From positions 1 through 60,573 of the forward strand of contig CAYQJH010000003.1 in assembly GCA_964417755.1 (NCBI GenBank): 60,573 nucleotides of DNA. The letters are read 5' to 3'. A program made the translations under genes and the position numbers. The notes beneath the pieces were generated by a model. That model was not told where the DNA came from. It did no database searches and saw nothing but the letters and a program-made list of their open reading frames with translations. The number at the start of each line of letters is the position of its first letter. Position 1 is the first letter of the stretch. This stretch comes from an uncultured Planctomycetaceae bacterium (GTDB lineage: Bacteria; Planctomycetota; Phycisphaerae; SM23-33). This document shows, one piece after another, positions 35,117 to 44,285 of this stretch.

Positions 35117-37785
35117 ACGTCCAGCCTCCCAGTCCGGTGAAAGTTCTGCGGCTGCTGGCCCGCCAAGGTTGGCGGCGGCTGTCGCGCCGGTGGGCGCTGC
35201 AGATCGCGATTCGGCGGGCGAAACGCAAAGCGGCCGCCGGCCGGCAATCGACACGGCGAGTCAACATGCCGGGGCAGGTCTGGTCGATCCTGATGGGCCT
35301 GCTGATGATGGCGAGCGTAGCAGGCGTTTCTTATCAATTCTGCCTTGCGCTCTGCCTTCAGGAGCGTCCCGATAGTGCCGGCCGGATCGGCATCGACCGC
35401 TACACATACGAGCAGATGCTTTCGTTTGAGAAGCTCTGCGCCACCTCAAAGCCCGCCGACTCTTCGACTCGTCCCACCAGCCAGACCGAATTCGACTCCG
35501 CCGATCTTAGGATGGAGATAAATCCTGTGCCGGCCACATCACCCACAAATCCCCAGGCCCGCTTGATCGCCCAGCGAGGGTTGGTTCATTCCCTTCTGCA
35601 GATTGAGGGCCAAGACCGGGTGATGAGGAATCTGGAACCTGGCAGTTTCAGCGCCAAGACTGAACAGGAATGCCAAAAGCTCAAGGATCAATTTGATCGA
35701 CTCGGCTCGGCGGGGTTCTTCATCAAGGAGAAGAAGCCGTTCGCGATGCACCTGAGCGTTGACGATGCACCGTCCGTCGCGTGGATGCTGCAGATCATTG
35801 CACTGGGGCTGCTGCTGTTCTTCTTCGGGATGCAGAACCAGGACCTCGGCAAGGTGGGCTGGAACATGGAGTGGCTCTTCAGCTTCCCCATAGAAAGCCG
35901 CGTCTTGCTGGGCGCACGGATCATGGAGCGCACGCTCGCCAGCAGCGGCTGGATCATCATCTGGCCGTTCCTGTCCACTGTCTTGTGGCTCGCAGGTCTG
36001 GGCGCGTGGGGCATCCTGGTGGCAGCCGCTGCCACAATTTACATCAACCTGCTGGTTGCCTGCGCCGAACTTCTGATCGAGACGTGGCTGCGGCGGACGT
36101 TCTCACTTGCCGCAATCAAGAACTTCCAGGCCCTTTTCAGCATCGTTGCCATGGCCATGATGCTAATAGTGTACGTTCCATTTGCGCATGCCAAGCTGGC
36201 GCACTTTGCGCGGGCGCTGCCCGGCATTTGGCGAGAAGTACCGATGTGGCTGCCGGCGGGCCTGCCGGCGGTGTTTGTCACCGGCGCCGGCCAGGCATTG
36301 CCGGCGGTCTTGACGATCATCGTCTGCGGTGTGGTCGCCTTCGTGGCAGCAACCGAGTGCAGCCATCGCATGATCCTTCCCGGCTTGATTAGCCAGACCG
36401 GGCCTCTTCAGGGCCGTCGTGGGCGAGAAGCCCAGCCCGCCAGGCGCATGCCAGTTCTACGCGGCATCATCGGCAAGGAACTGCGCCTGCTGCTGCGCGA
36501 CCGGAACTTCTTCGCCCAGGCGATCATCGTGCCGGCCATGATCGTGCTGATGCAATACTTCCTTAATCGCGGGCACATGGCCGCCATCAGTAACGACTTC
36601 CGCCACGTCGCCGCCATGGCCTTTGCCATAAGCGGCTATGTGCAGTTGTTCGGGGCCTCCCGCGTGCTGGTGGCCGAGGGCAGCACCCTTTGGCTGCTGT
36701 ACACCTTCCCGCGCAGCCTGCACGAGCTGCTCAGGCGCAAGGCCCGCCTGTGGGCGGTCGTGGGGGCGTGCTTCACGCTGGCTGTGCTGGCGGCAGGGTG
36801 GGCAGGGTCTCCTACGCCCACCTGGCAGAAGGCCATCTTCTGTGCGGTGGCGCTGGGTGAGGCCTGGATCTTCTCCTTGATTGCGGCCGCCCTCGGCACG
36901 CTTGGGACCAATGCTTTCGAAGAGGATATCCAGCGAAAGTTGAAGACCGGCATGGTGGCTTCGCAGATGGCAGTGTTGGCGATAATGACGGGTAGCTTCT
37001 ACGTCCCGACATGGTTGCAGTCGGTCGCGATGCTCGTCCTGTGCCTGGTGCTGTGCAAGGCTCTTTGGGACAAAGTCGCCGACCGCATTGCATATCTGCT
37101 GGAGCCGGCGGAACGCCCGCCGCCGGCCATCTCGCTGTCAGACGCCTTGACGGCGGCCTTCGCATTCTTTGCCCTGCAGGTCTTCGGATTCATCCTGCTA
37201 CGCCATGGGATACAGCTCGACGTCGATGTCTCGGTCGTGCTCTCGTACCTGCTGGCGGCAGTGATAGCGGTAGCTGCAACGCAGCTCGTATTTCGCATGA
37301 GGGGAATTGCGCCGACGATTATCCCCAAGGCGACGCTCAGGTCCATCTTGAGCGGGCTGGCATGGGCTGCTCCGGCCATCATTGCTGCCGTCGCATACCT
37401 CGCACTGGTGCATCAGGTACCCGCCTTTCGAACGTGGCTGGAGCAGACACAAGACATAATCGGCAGCCTGAAGCCCGGCAGCATCTACCTGGCGGTGCTG
37501 GCTGTCATCATCGCGCCTCCACTGGAGGAGTACATCTTCCGAGGCCTGGTGCTGAAGGGCATGCTGCGAAGGATGAAGCCGCCGGCCGCGATTGTGGGCA
37601 GCGCCGCGCTCTTTGCAGCCGTACATCCTTCGATCTCCATCATCCCGGTCTTTGGGCTGGGGCTGGCGACAGCCATTGCGTACCACCGAACCGGCCGCCT
37701 AGCTGCACCCATCGCTGCACACATGCTCTACAACGCTGCCGCGATCGCAGCCTCGATGTGGTTTGGGAATCTTCCCGTTCGATAA
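35113..37785 (+). CDS. ABC-2-type permease fused to a C-terminal CPBP (CAAX/Abi) intramembrane metalloprotease
   Basis: Many TM helices and a second permease half starting 'IIGKELRLLLRD'. C-terminal EEYIFRG, FAAVH and HMLYN motifs. Overlaps the ATPase stop by 4 bp. Confidence 0.85.
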   Translation: MNVQPPSPVKVLRLLARQGWRRLSRRWALQIAIRRAKRKAAAGRQSTRRVNMPGQVWSILMGLLMMASVAGVSYQFCLALCLQERPDSAGRIGIDRYTYEQMLSFEKLCATSKPADSSTRPTSQTEFDSADLRMEINPVPATSPTNPQARLIAQRGLVHSLLQIEGQDRVMRNLEPGSFSAKTEQECQKLKDQFDRLGSAGFFIKEKKPFAMHLSVDDAPSVAWMLQIIALGLLLFFFGMQNQDLGKVGWNMEWLFSFPIESRVLLGARIMERTLASSGWIIIWPFLSTVLWLAGLGAWGILVAAAATIYINLLVACAELLIETWLRRTFSLAAIKNFQALFSIVAMAMMLIVYVPFAHAKLAHFARALPGIWREVPMWLPAGLPAVFVTGAGQALPAVLTIIVCGVVAFVAATECSHRMILPGLISQTGPLQGRRGREAQPARRMPVLRGIIGKELRLLLRDRNFFAQAIIVPAMIVLMQYFLNRGHMAAISNDFRHVAAMAFAISGYVQLFGASRVLVAEGSTLWLLYTFPRSLHELLRRKARLWAVVGACFTLAVLAAGWAGSPTPTWQKAIFCAVALGEAWIFSLIAAALGTLGTNAFEEDIQRKLKTGMVASQMAVLAIMTGSFYVPTWLQSVAMLVLCLVLCKALWDKVADRIAYLLEPAERPPPAISLSDALTAAFAFFALQVFGFILLRHGIQLDVDVSVVLSYLLAAVIAVAATQLVFRMRGIAPTIIPKATLRSILSGLAWAAPAIIAAVAYLALVHQVPAFRTWLEQTQDIIGSLKPGSIYLAVLAVIIAPPLEEYIFRGLVLKGMLRRMKPPAAIVGSAALFAAVHPSISIIPVFGLGLATAIAYHRTGRLAAPIAAHMLYNAAAIAASMWFGNLPVR

Positions 37786-37878
37786 CCTTCAATCGTTCTT
37801 CATGCAAGCCTCCAGCCTGTTGTTGCCGTCTCGGAAATAGCGCTAAGAGAGATCAATGAGTGCAGGTCATTCACACAG

Positions 37879-38070
37879 ATGCCTACGATTGTCTCGATGG
37901 CTGCACCGGTGCTGGGCGGGCTGCTGGTAGCCGATGAGGTGATCGACCTGCTTCTGCCGGTGATCTTCAACTGGTATCAGTTGCGCAAGTGGAGAAAGCT
38001 GCACATGACGATCTCGCAATCCAGAACGAACGGCGACCTATTGCCAGTCGGGGTCGCCGCGGCCGTCTAG
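37879..38070 (+). pseudogene. Remnant resembling the last TM helix of a CusA/CzcA RND transporter
   Basis: 'MAAPVLGGLLVADEVIDLLLPVIFNW..RKWRK' resembles the terminal 'P.A.P..GG....L...PV.F' helix of heavy-metal RND pumps. The rest of such a gene is absent. Confidence 0.5.
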
Positions 38071-38584
38071 CAGTACTTCAACATTGTCTTTGCATATAGC
38101 GAGCGGGGGAACAGTAGAGCAGGAGACCGCAGGCTCGATCCCGTTTCGTTTCCTGTTCCACTGCTCGCCTGCTCTGCAGCTGGGCACCGCGCTGATTCGA
38201 TCACCCGCCCGAACGTCTGGCGCGAAATATTCATCTGCCGGGCGGCGTTTGCATATTCCCTAAAAAAAAATCTTTGGTTTATTCGCGAATCCTATTATTA
38301 TCGAGGCCTCAACTCGTAGAGTCAGATCTCGTCTGTTGCAGACGTGCGCTTTGTGGAGTCAAAGACGTTTCGTTTGTTCCTTTGAATAACGGCAGTAAGG
38401 CCCGCGGGCGATAAGGAGATCCAGCGCAGGCCCGCGCCGTTGCAGCTCGTCTCGCTTGCGTCCTTGCGCAAGACAGAAGAGTCATGTCCTATATTTGTCC
38501 GCACTGGGCACCGGCCCTTAAGGCTTTGGTGAGAATCGTGTACGTGGTCGAAACACTGGGCAAACAGAAGAAAGGAAGACGCCG

Positions 38585-41500
38585 ATGCACCCTCGAATCC
38601 CCAAATCTGCAATCGCTGTCTGTCTGATGGTCTTGCTGATGGCATCGATGGCCTATGGAGGAGTGCTCTTCTCCAGCAACTGGCGCAGCGGCCTGGGAGG
38701 TTCCGAAACCGCCCTCCTGGACAACGGCCTATGGGACGAAGACCACAATACCTCGCAATTGGACGTAAAGAGAGGTGCTCCAGGTGGGCATAACTACCTG
38801 GCCGTGTCTTTGCAGGACATGGCCTGGACCGGCGTGATAGAGAACAACCTCTATTACAATCAATACTCTGATATGTATTACCGGCTGTACGCTCGCATCA
38901 ACCCAATCAATCCGCCAAGCTTCACTTACTATGGCTATCACGGCACCGAGGACCATGAAGCCCCCGGGGCTGAGACGATGGTCTTCTTCGGCTACCTGAT
39001 CCCAAGCGGCACCAATGGACTATATCAGACGTACATCTACTCCTACGTCCAGGGGCCAACCGGCGGAGATTTTCGCACCGCGATCGACATGGAGATGGAC
39101 AAGTGGTACCGCGTCGAGGGCCACATGCAGTTCGTGGACCACGACAACCCCGGCCACACGAAGTGGCACATGCGGATATATGATGACAACAACAGTCTCA
39201 TAAAGCAGGACACCGAGTTCTACGGCATTTCGTACTACTATCCACACTCGCTGGACTATCTCTACAGCGTCGAAAACGGCAGCATCCATTACAATGGCAC
39301 CAGGAAGTCATGGATGGTCGGCAACAACGGGCCTGCCGGCGCCTCGGGCTCGGGACGAGGCCCGGACCATTCCGCCCTGGAAGTTCGGACGGACAGCTGG
39401 TGCGGGCCTGTGCAGGCCATCGGCCTGTACTACGACTTCCAGAACAGCAGCACCACCGGCTGGACGCCTGCAACACCTTCGCGCTGGACAGCGGGGCTGC
39501 AACTGGGCAGCACGACCAACAGGGGCTATTACATCAACACCAGCAGTTTCTCGAACCTCTCGGGCAACCGCCTGGGTGAGCTTTCCTTCATCACCAGCCA
39601 GACCTACGGCGATTTCACCTACACCTGCAAGGCTGCCACGCTGGAGGCAGCAGGCAATTCAACAGCCGATTATGCACTGGTCTTCGGCTACCAGGATGCC
39701 AACAACTACTACTATGCGAATTTCAATCGCACAGCCGGTCAGACTGCGTTATACAAGGTTGTCGGCGGCACGCGCCAGGCAGCCTTGGCGACGTATGGCA
39801 CGGCGCTGCTGAGCGGCACGGCCTACCACGACATCGAAGTCAGTCGAAGCGGCAACGCAATCACAGCCAAGTACGACGGCACGACGGTATTGTCCGCCAG
39901 CGACTCGACGTTCATGACCGGCAAGTTCGGCGTGGGCAGCTTTGACGATGCAGCCACCTTTGACGAGATCTGCATCACGCCGCCAAATCGCGTCCCGACG
40001 GCTACCAATGACAGCTTCACCGTCACCGGCACGTACTACAGCAACACCATCCTGACCAACATAATGACCAACGACAGCGATCCGGACGGCGATCCGCTTC
40101 GCATGATGAGGCAGACCTATTGCTCGCACGGCAGCATCATGAGCAACACAGCCGGCATCATCACCTACTGGCCGACGCCGGGCTATACGGGAAGCGACAG
40201 CTTCACCTACAAGGTCAATGACGGCCAGGCCGACAGCGCCGCAGCCACCGTCACGTTCAATGTGACAGCCGCCGAGCCGGCCGTTCGCACGGTGCTGGTG
40301 GACTTCGGCAACTGGTGGACGAACAACCCGGCAGCCGACAGCAGGTACTGGAACAACCTGCAGTATTTCGACGTGCCGGAGACCATTGACAACCTGGTTG
40401 ATAGCACCAACGTCGCAACCGGCATATCGTTGACCCGCGTGGTGAACTTCCCCTCGCGCAGCAATCTTCAACTTACTGAAGAGTTCATCGACGGATACCC
40501 CTACACCGCCATCAGCGACAATCTCTATTCAACCGCCGGCGGCAGCGGAAAGCTGAAGTTCTACAACCTGGCGACCTCCGGCACCACGTACAACCTGAAG
40601 ATATTCGGCTCGACGGGTCTCAGCGGCGTGGCGCAGTACAACGTCACCGGGGCAACGACCACGAGCCAGCAACTGAATTGCCAGAACAACAAGTCCGCAT
40701 ACGCAATATTCAACAATGTTCAGGCCGATGCCAGCGGCTGCATCTATGTTGAAGTGGTGCGGGTCTCCGGCGACTGCGCGCCGATCAGTTTCATCCAGAT
40801 GACGATAGGTTCCACAACACCGGCGCCAACGGCCGTCGCCGACTCGTATTCAACCTATGCCAATCAAGCACTGAATGTCTCAGCACCCGGCGTACTGGGC
40901 AATGACACCGGTTCCAACCTGACAGCTGTCAAGGTCAGCGATCCCTCGCACGGATCACTGACTCTGAACTCAAATGGCTCGTTCGTCTATACGCCGACCA
41001 CCGGTTACAGCGGAAGCGACAGCTTCACCTACAAGGCCCATAACAGCGGCGGCGACAGCAACACCGTAACGGTGAGCCTGACGATAGCCCCAACACCCTC
41101 CGGCACTCTGCGCACCGTTCTGGTTGATTTCTGGAATTATGTGACCCCCAGCCCGGGCGCCGACGGCAGATACTGGAACAATATTCAGTACTTCGATCTG
41201 CCCGAGACGATTGCCAACCTGGTTGACAGCACGAATGCGGCGACGGGCATCTCTTTGACCAAGGCCGTCGTGTTCCCGTGGGCGGGCAACCTCTTGTTGT
41301 CCGAAACATTCCTCAATGGCTATCCTTACACCGCCATCAGCGATGCCGTATATTCATCAGCCTCCAGCAGCGGCAAGCTGAGGTTCTACAACCTCGATAC
41401 CTCCGGCAATGTTACCTACAACCTGACGCTCTTCGGGTCTAGCATTGATGGCGGCCTCACGCAGTACAACGTGATCGGCTACTCCACGACCAGCAAGCAG

Positions 41501-44092
41501 CTCAACGTCGTGAACAACAAGACGATCTTCCCGACGTTCAATGCCGTCCAGCCGGATGCCAGCGGGAATATCTATGTTGAAGTCGTCAGGGTCTCCGGGA
41601 CGTATGCCCCGCTCAACCTGATCCAGATGGACATCAATCACAAGCCATCTGCCACTAATGATTCGTACAGCGTGGTCAGCGGCCAGCAGTTGAGTGTTGC
41701 GGCCACCGGCGTGCTGAGCAATGACACGGATTCGGACGGCCAGACACTGACGGCCGTCAAGGTCACCGACCCATCGCATGGCTCGGTTACCCTCAACTCC
41801 AACGGTTCATTCACGTACACGCCATCAGGCGGCTACGTCGGCAGCGACAGCTTCACATACACAGCCAATGATGGCTTCATGGACAGCAACACTGCCACGG
41901 TGAACATCACCGTAACGTCAAGTGCTCCAACGGCAGTGGCCGACTCCTATTCCACCTACACCGACCAGGCGCTTAATGTTTCAGCCCCAGGCGTCTTGTC
42001 CAATGATAGCGGTTCGAGCCTGACGGCCGTCAAGGTCAGCGATCCCTCGCATGGTTCTCTGACTCTGAATTCCAATGGTTCGTTCGTCTATACGCCGACA
42101 ACCGGCTACAGTGGCAGCGACAGCTTCACCTACAAGGCCCACAACAGTGGCGGCGACAGCAACACCGTAACGGTGAGCCTGACGATAACGGCTACACCAT
42201 CCGGCAGCCTGCGCACCGTCCTTGTGGACTTCTTCAACTACATAACGCCCAGTCCAGGCGCCGACGGCAGATACTGGAACAACATCCAATACTTTGACGT
42301 GCCTGAGACAATCGCTAATCTTGTCGATAGCACGAACGCAACAACAGGCATCTCTCTGACCAAGGCTGTGGTATTCCCCTGGGCCGGCAATCTCATTCTG
42401 TCTGACACATTCCTCAACGGCTATCCATACACAGCCATCAGCGATGCCGTCTACTCGACAGCATCCGGCAGCGGCAAGCTGAGGTTCTACAACCTGGACA
42501 CGTCCGGCAACACCACTTACAACCTGACACTCTTCGGCTGCATTAATGACGGCTCCGACCACACGGCGCAGTACAACGTGATCGGCTACTCGACGACCAG
42601 CAAGCAGCTTGCCGTCAGGAACAACAAGACGATCTTCCCGACGTTCAATGCCGTCCAGCCGGATGCCAGCGGGAATATCTATGTTGAAGTCGTCAGGGTT
42701 TCCGGAACGTACGCCCCGCTCAACCTGCTCCAGATGGACATCAATCACAAGCCATCGGCTAGTAACGATTCGTACAGCGTGGTCAGCGGCCAGCAGTTGA
42801 GTGTTGCGGCAGCCGGCGTGCTGAGCAATGACACTGATTCGGACGGCCAGTCGCTGACGGCCATCAAGGTCAGCGATCCATCGCACGGCACGGTTACGCT
42901 GAATTCCAATGGTTCATTCACGTACACGCCATCCGGCGGCTATGTCGGCAGCGACAGCTTCACCTATAAGGCCAGTGATGGCTTCATGGACAGCAACACC
43001 GCCACCGTGAATATCACCGTAACGTCGTCCACGCGTACCGTCCTTGTTGACTTCTGGAACTATATAACGCCCAGCCCCGGCGCAGACGGCAGATACTGGA
43101 ACAACATCCAGTATTTCGACGTGCCAGAGACCATCAGCAATCTTGTCGATAGCACAAACGCCGCGACTGGTGTTTCGCTGACCAAGGCTGTCGTCTTCCC
43201 GTGGGCGGCCAATCTCATTCTGTCCGACACATTCCTCAACGGCTATCCATATACAGCCATCAGCGATGCTGTGTATTCAACAGCCTCCAGTAGCGGCAAG
43301 CTGAGGTTCTACAACCTCGATACGTCGGGCAATACCACCTACAACCTGACGCTATTTGGTTCCAGCGCTGAAGGCGGCATCACGCAGTACAACGTGATTG
43401 GCTATTCCACGACCAGCAAGCAGCTCAACGTCGTGAACAACAAGACGATCTTCCCGACGTTCAATGCCGTCCAGCCGGACGCCAGCGGCAACATCTATGT
43501 TGAGGTCGTCAGGGTCTCCGGCACGTACGCGCCGATAAACCTGATCCAGTTGGACATCATCCCCAGCGGCGGGGAAGGCATGCAGGGCCAGCAGATACAG
43601 GCAACCGGCGGCAGTGAATCGACGTCGGCTGCCCCGTCGGCTCCACCCGCCCAAACCGGCACGGCCATCAACGTCAACTTCCAGCCGGCCGGCGTAACGT
43701 CACCCGCAGGCTATCTGAGTGACAGCGGCCTGGTATATGGCAATCGAGCCAGCTACAGCTTCGGCTGGGACAAGGACCTCTCCGGCTTTGCCGTCGAGCG
43801 CAAGAACGCAAGTTCGCCGGATGTCCGCTATGACACGTCGATCATGCTGCTGAAGGATGCGACGTGGGAAGTGGCCGTGCCCAACGGCATGTACAACGTC
43901 AAGATCGTAGCCGGCGGCAACTCAGCCACGCTCAAGTCGCAGAAGTTTGCGGTAGAGGGCGTGCCGACCACGCAGGCCAAGGCCGGGCAGTATCTTGAGG
44001 AGACCGTGACCGTGGTGGTGACCGACGGCAGGCTCACCATCAATGCCTCAGCCGGCAGCAGCATCTGCTTCATCCAGATCGCCGGAAGGTAG
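38585..44092 (+). CDS. Large secreted protein: unknown/ConA-like head + DUF1080-like domain + 5 Ig-like and 4 unnamed repeats + C-terminal CBM-like domain
   Basis: RBS AAGGAAG and signal peptide ...LLMASMAYG. A 'YGDFTYTC...YALVFGYQDANNYY...HDIEVSRSGNAITAKYDG...GKFGVGS' ConA/DUF1080-like domain. The stalk and C-terminus are the same as in 4784-13099. Confidence 0.9.
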   Translation: MHPRIPKSAIAVCLMVLLMASMAYGGVLFSSNWRSGLGGSETALLDNGLWDEDHNTSQLDVKRGAPGGHNYLAVSLQDMAWTGVIENNLYYNQYSDMYYRLYARINPINPPSFTYYGYHGTEDHEAPGAETMVFFGYLIPSGTNGLYQTYIYSYVQGPTGGDFRTAIDMEMDKWYRVEGHMQFVDHDNPGHTKWHMRIYDDNNSLIKQDTEFYGISYYYPHSLDYLYSVENGSIHYNGTRKSWMVGNNGPAGASGSGRGPDHSALEVRTDSWCGPVQAIGLYYDFQNSSTTGWTPATPSRWTAGLQLGSTTNRGYYINTSSFSNLSGNRLGELSFITSQTYGDFTYTCKAATLEAAGNSTADYALVFGYQDANNYYYANFNRTAGQTALYKVVGGTRQAALATYGTALLSGTAYHDIEVSRSGNAITAKYDGTTVLSASDSTFMTGKFGVGSFDDAATFDEICITPPNRVPTATNDSFTVTGTYYSNTILTNIMTNDSDPDGDPLRMMRQTYCSHGSIMSNTAGIITYWPTPGYTGSDSFTYKVNDGQADSAAATVTFNVTAAEPAVRTVLVDFGNWWTNNPAADSRYWNNLQYFDVPETIDNLVDSTNVATGISLTRVVNFPSRSNLQLTEEFIDGYPYTAISDNLYSTAGGSGKLKFYNLATSGTTYNLKIFGSTGLSGVAQYNVTGATTTSQQLNCQNNKSAYAIFNNVQADASGCIYVEVVRVSGDCAPISFIQMTIGSTTPAPTAVADSYSTYANQALNVSAPGVLGNDTGSNLTAVKVSDPSHGSLTLNSNGSFVYTPTTGYSGSDSFTYKAHNSGGDSNTVTVSLTIAPTPSGTLRTVLVDFWNYVTPSPGADGRYWNNIQYFDLPETIANLVDSTNAATGISLTKAVVFPWAGNLLLSETFLNGYPYTAISDAVYSSASSSGKLRFYNLDTSGNVTYNLTLFGSSIDGGLTQYNVIGYSTTSKQLNVVNNKTIFPTFNAVQPDASGNIYVEVVRVSGTYAPLNLIQMDINHKPSATNDSYSVVSGQQLSVAATGVLSNDTDSDGQTLTAVKVTDPSHGSVTLNSNGSFTYTPSGGYVGSDSFTYTANDGFMDSNTATVNITVTSSAPTAVADSYSTYTDQALNVSAPGVLSNDSGSSLTAVKVSDPSHGSLTLNSNGSFVYTPTTGYSGSDSFTYKAHNSGGDSNTVTVSLTITATPSGSLRTVLVDFFNYITPSPGADGRYWNNIQYFDVPETIANLVDSTNATTGISLTKAVVFPWAGNLILSDTFLNGYPYTAISDAVYSTASGSGKLRFYNLDTSGNTTYNLTLFGCINDGSDHTAQYNVIGYSTTSKQLAVRNNKTIFPTFNAVQPDASGNIYVEVVRVSGTYAPLNLLQMDINHKPSASNDSYSVVSGQQLSVAAAGVLSNDTDSDGQSLTAIKVSDPSHGTVTLNSNGSFTYTPSGGYVGSDSFTYKASDGFMDSNTATVNITVTSSTRTVLVDFWNYITPSPGADGRYWNNIQYFDVPETISNLVDSTNAATGVSLTKAVVFPWAANLILSDTFLNGYPYTAISDAVYSTASSSGKLRFYNLDTSGNTTYNLTLFGSSAEGGITQYNVIGYSTTSKQLNVVNNKTIFPTFNAVQPDASGNIYVEVVRVSGTYAPINLIQLDIIPSGGEGMQGQQIQATGGSESTSAAPSAPPAQTGTAINVNFQPAGVTSPAGYLSDSGLVYGNRASYSFGWDKDLSGFAVERKNASSPDVRYDTSIMLLKDATWEVAVPNGMYNVKIVAGGNSATLKSQKFAVEGVPTTQAKAGQYLEETVTVVVTDGRLTINASAGSSICFIQIAGR
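40292..43558 (+). repeat. Four copies of the same ~520-bp coding repeat as in gene 4784-13099
   Basis: Units at about 40292-40806, 41117-41635, 42218-42742 and 43040-43558. Periods are 825, 1101 and 822 bp. Confidence 0.95.
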
Positions 44093-44184
44093 ATTCCGAC
44101 AATCCTGAAGCAGTGATGCAGTAGCAGCAGACAACAACAGGCACGGCGGCTCTAAAGGGCTGCCGTGCCTGTTGATTTCATTGC
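43797..44184 (+). repeat. Direct repeat copy 2 (identical to 12804-13191)
   Basis: Same sequence as copy 1. It diverges at 43796 and at 44185. Confidence 0.93.
44135..44174. terminator. GC-rich hairpin, probable bidirectional terminator (second copy)
   Basis: Same stem-loop as 13142-13181, again between convergent genes. Confidence 0.6.
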
Positions 44185-44285
44185 GGCGAAAGCGAAATTG
44201 AGGCGGGCCTTCTGGCTGATCCAGACGCATCCTTGAGCGCAGCCGGCTATTCGGAATGCTGTGTCGCTCTTCCGGTAGAAATTAG

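Noticed and set aside
7589-43558. CRISPR array or DGR template/variable repeats
   Set aside because: The repeats are long in-frame protein domains, not 25-45-bp repeats with unique spacers. There is no reverse transcriptase, and the 388-bp copies are identical rather than differing at adenines.
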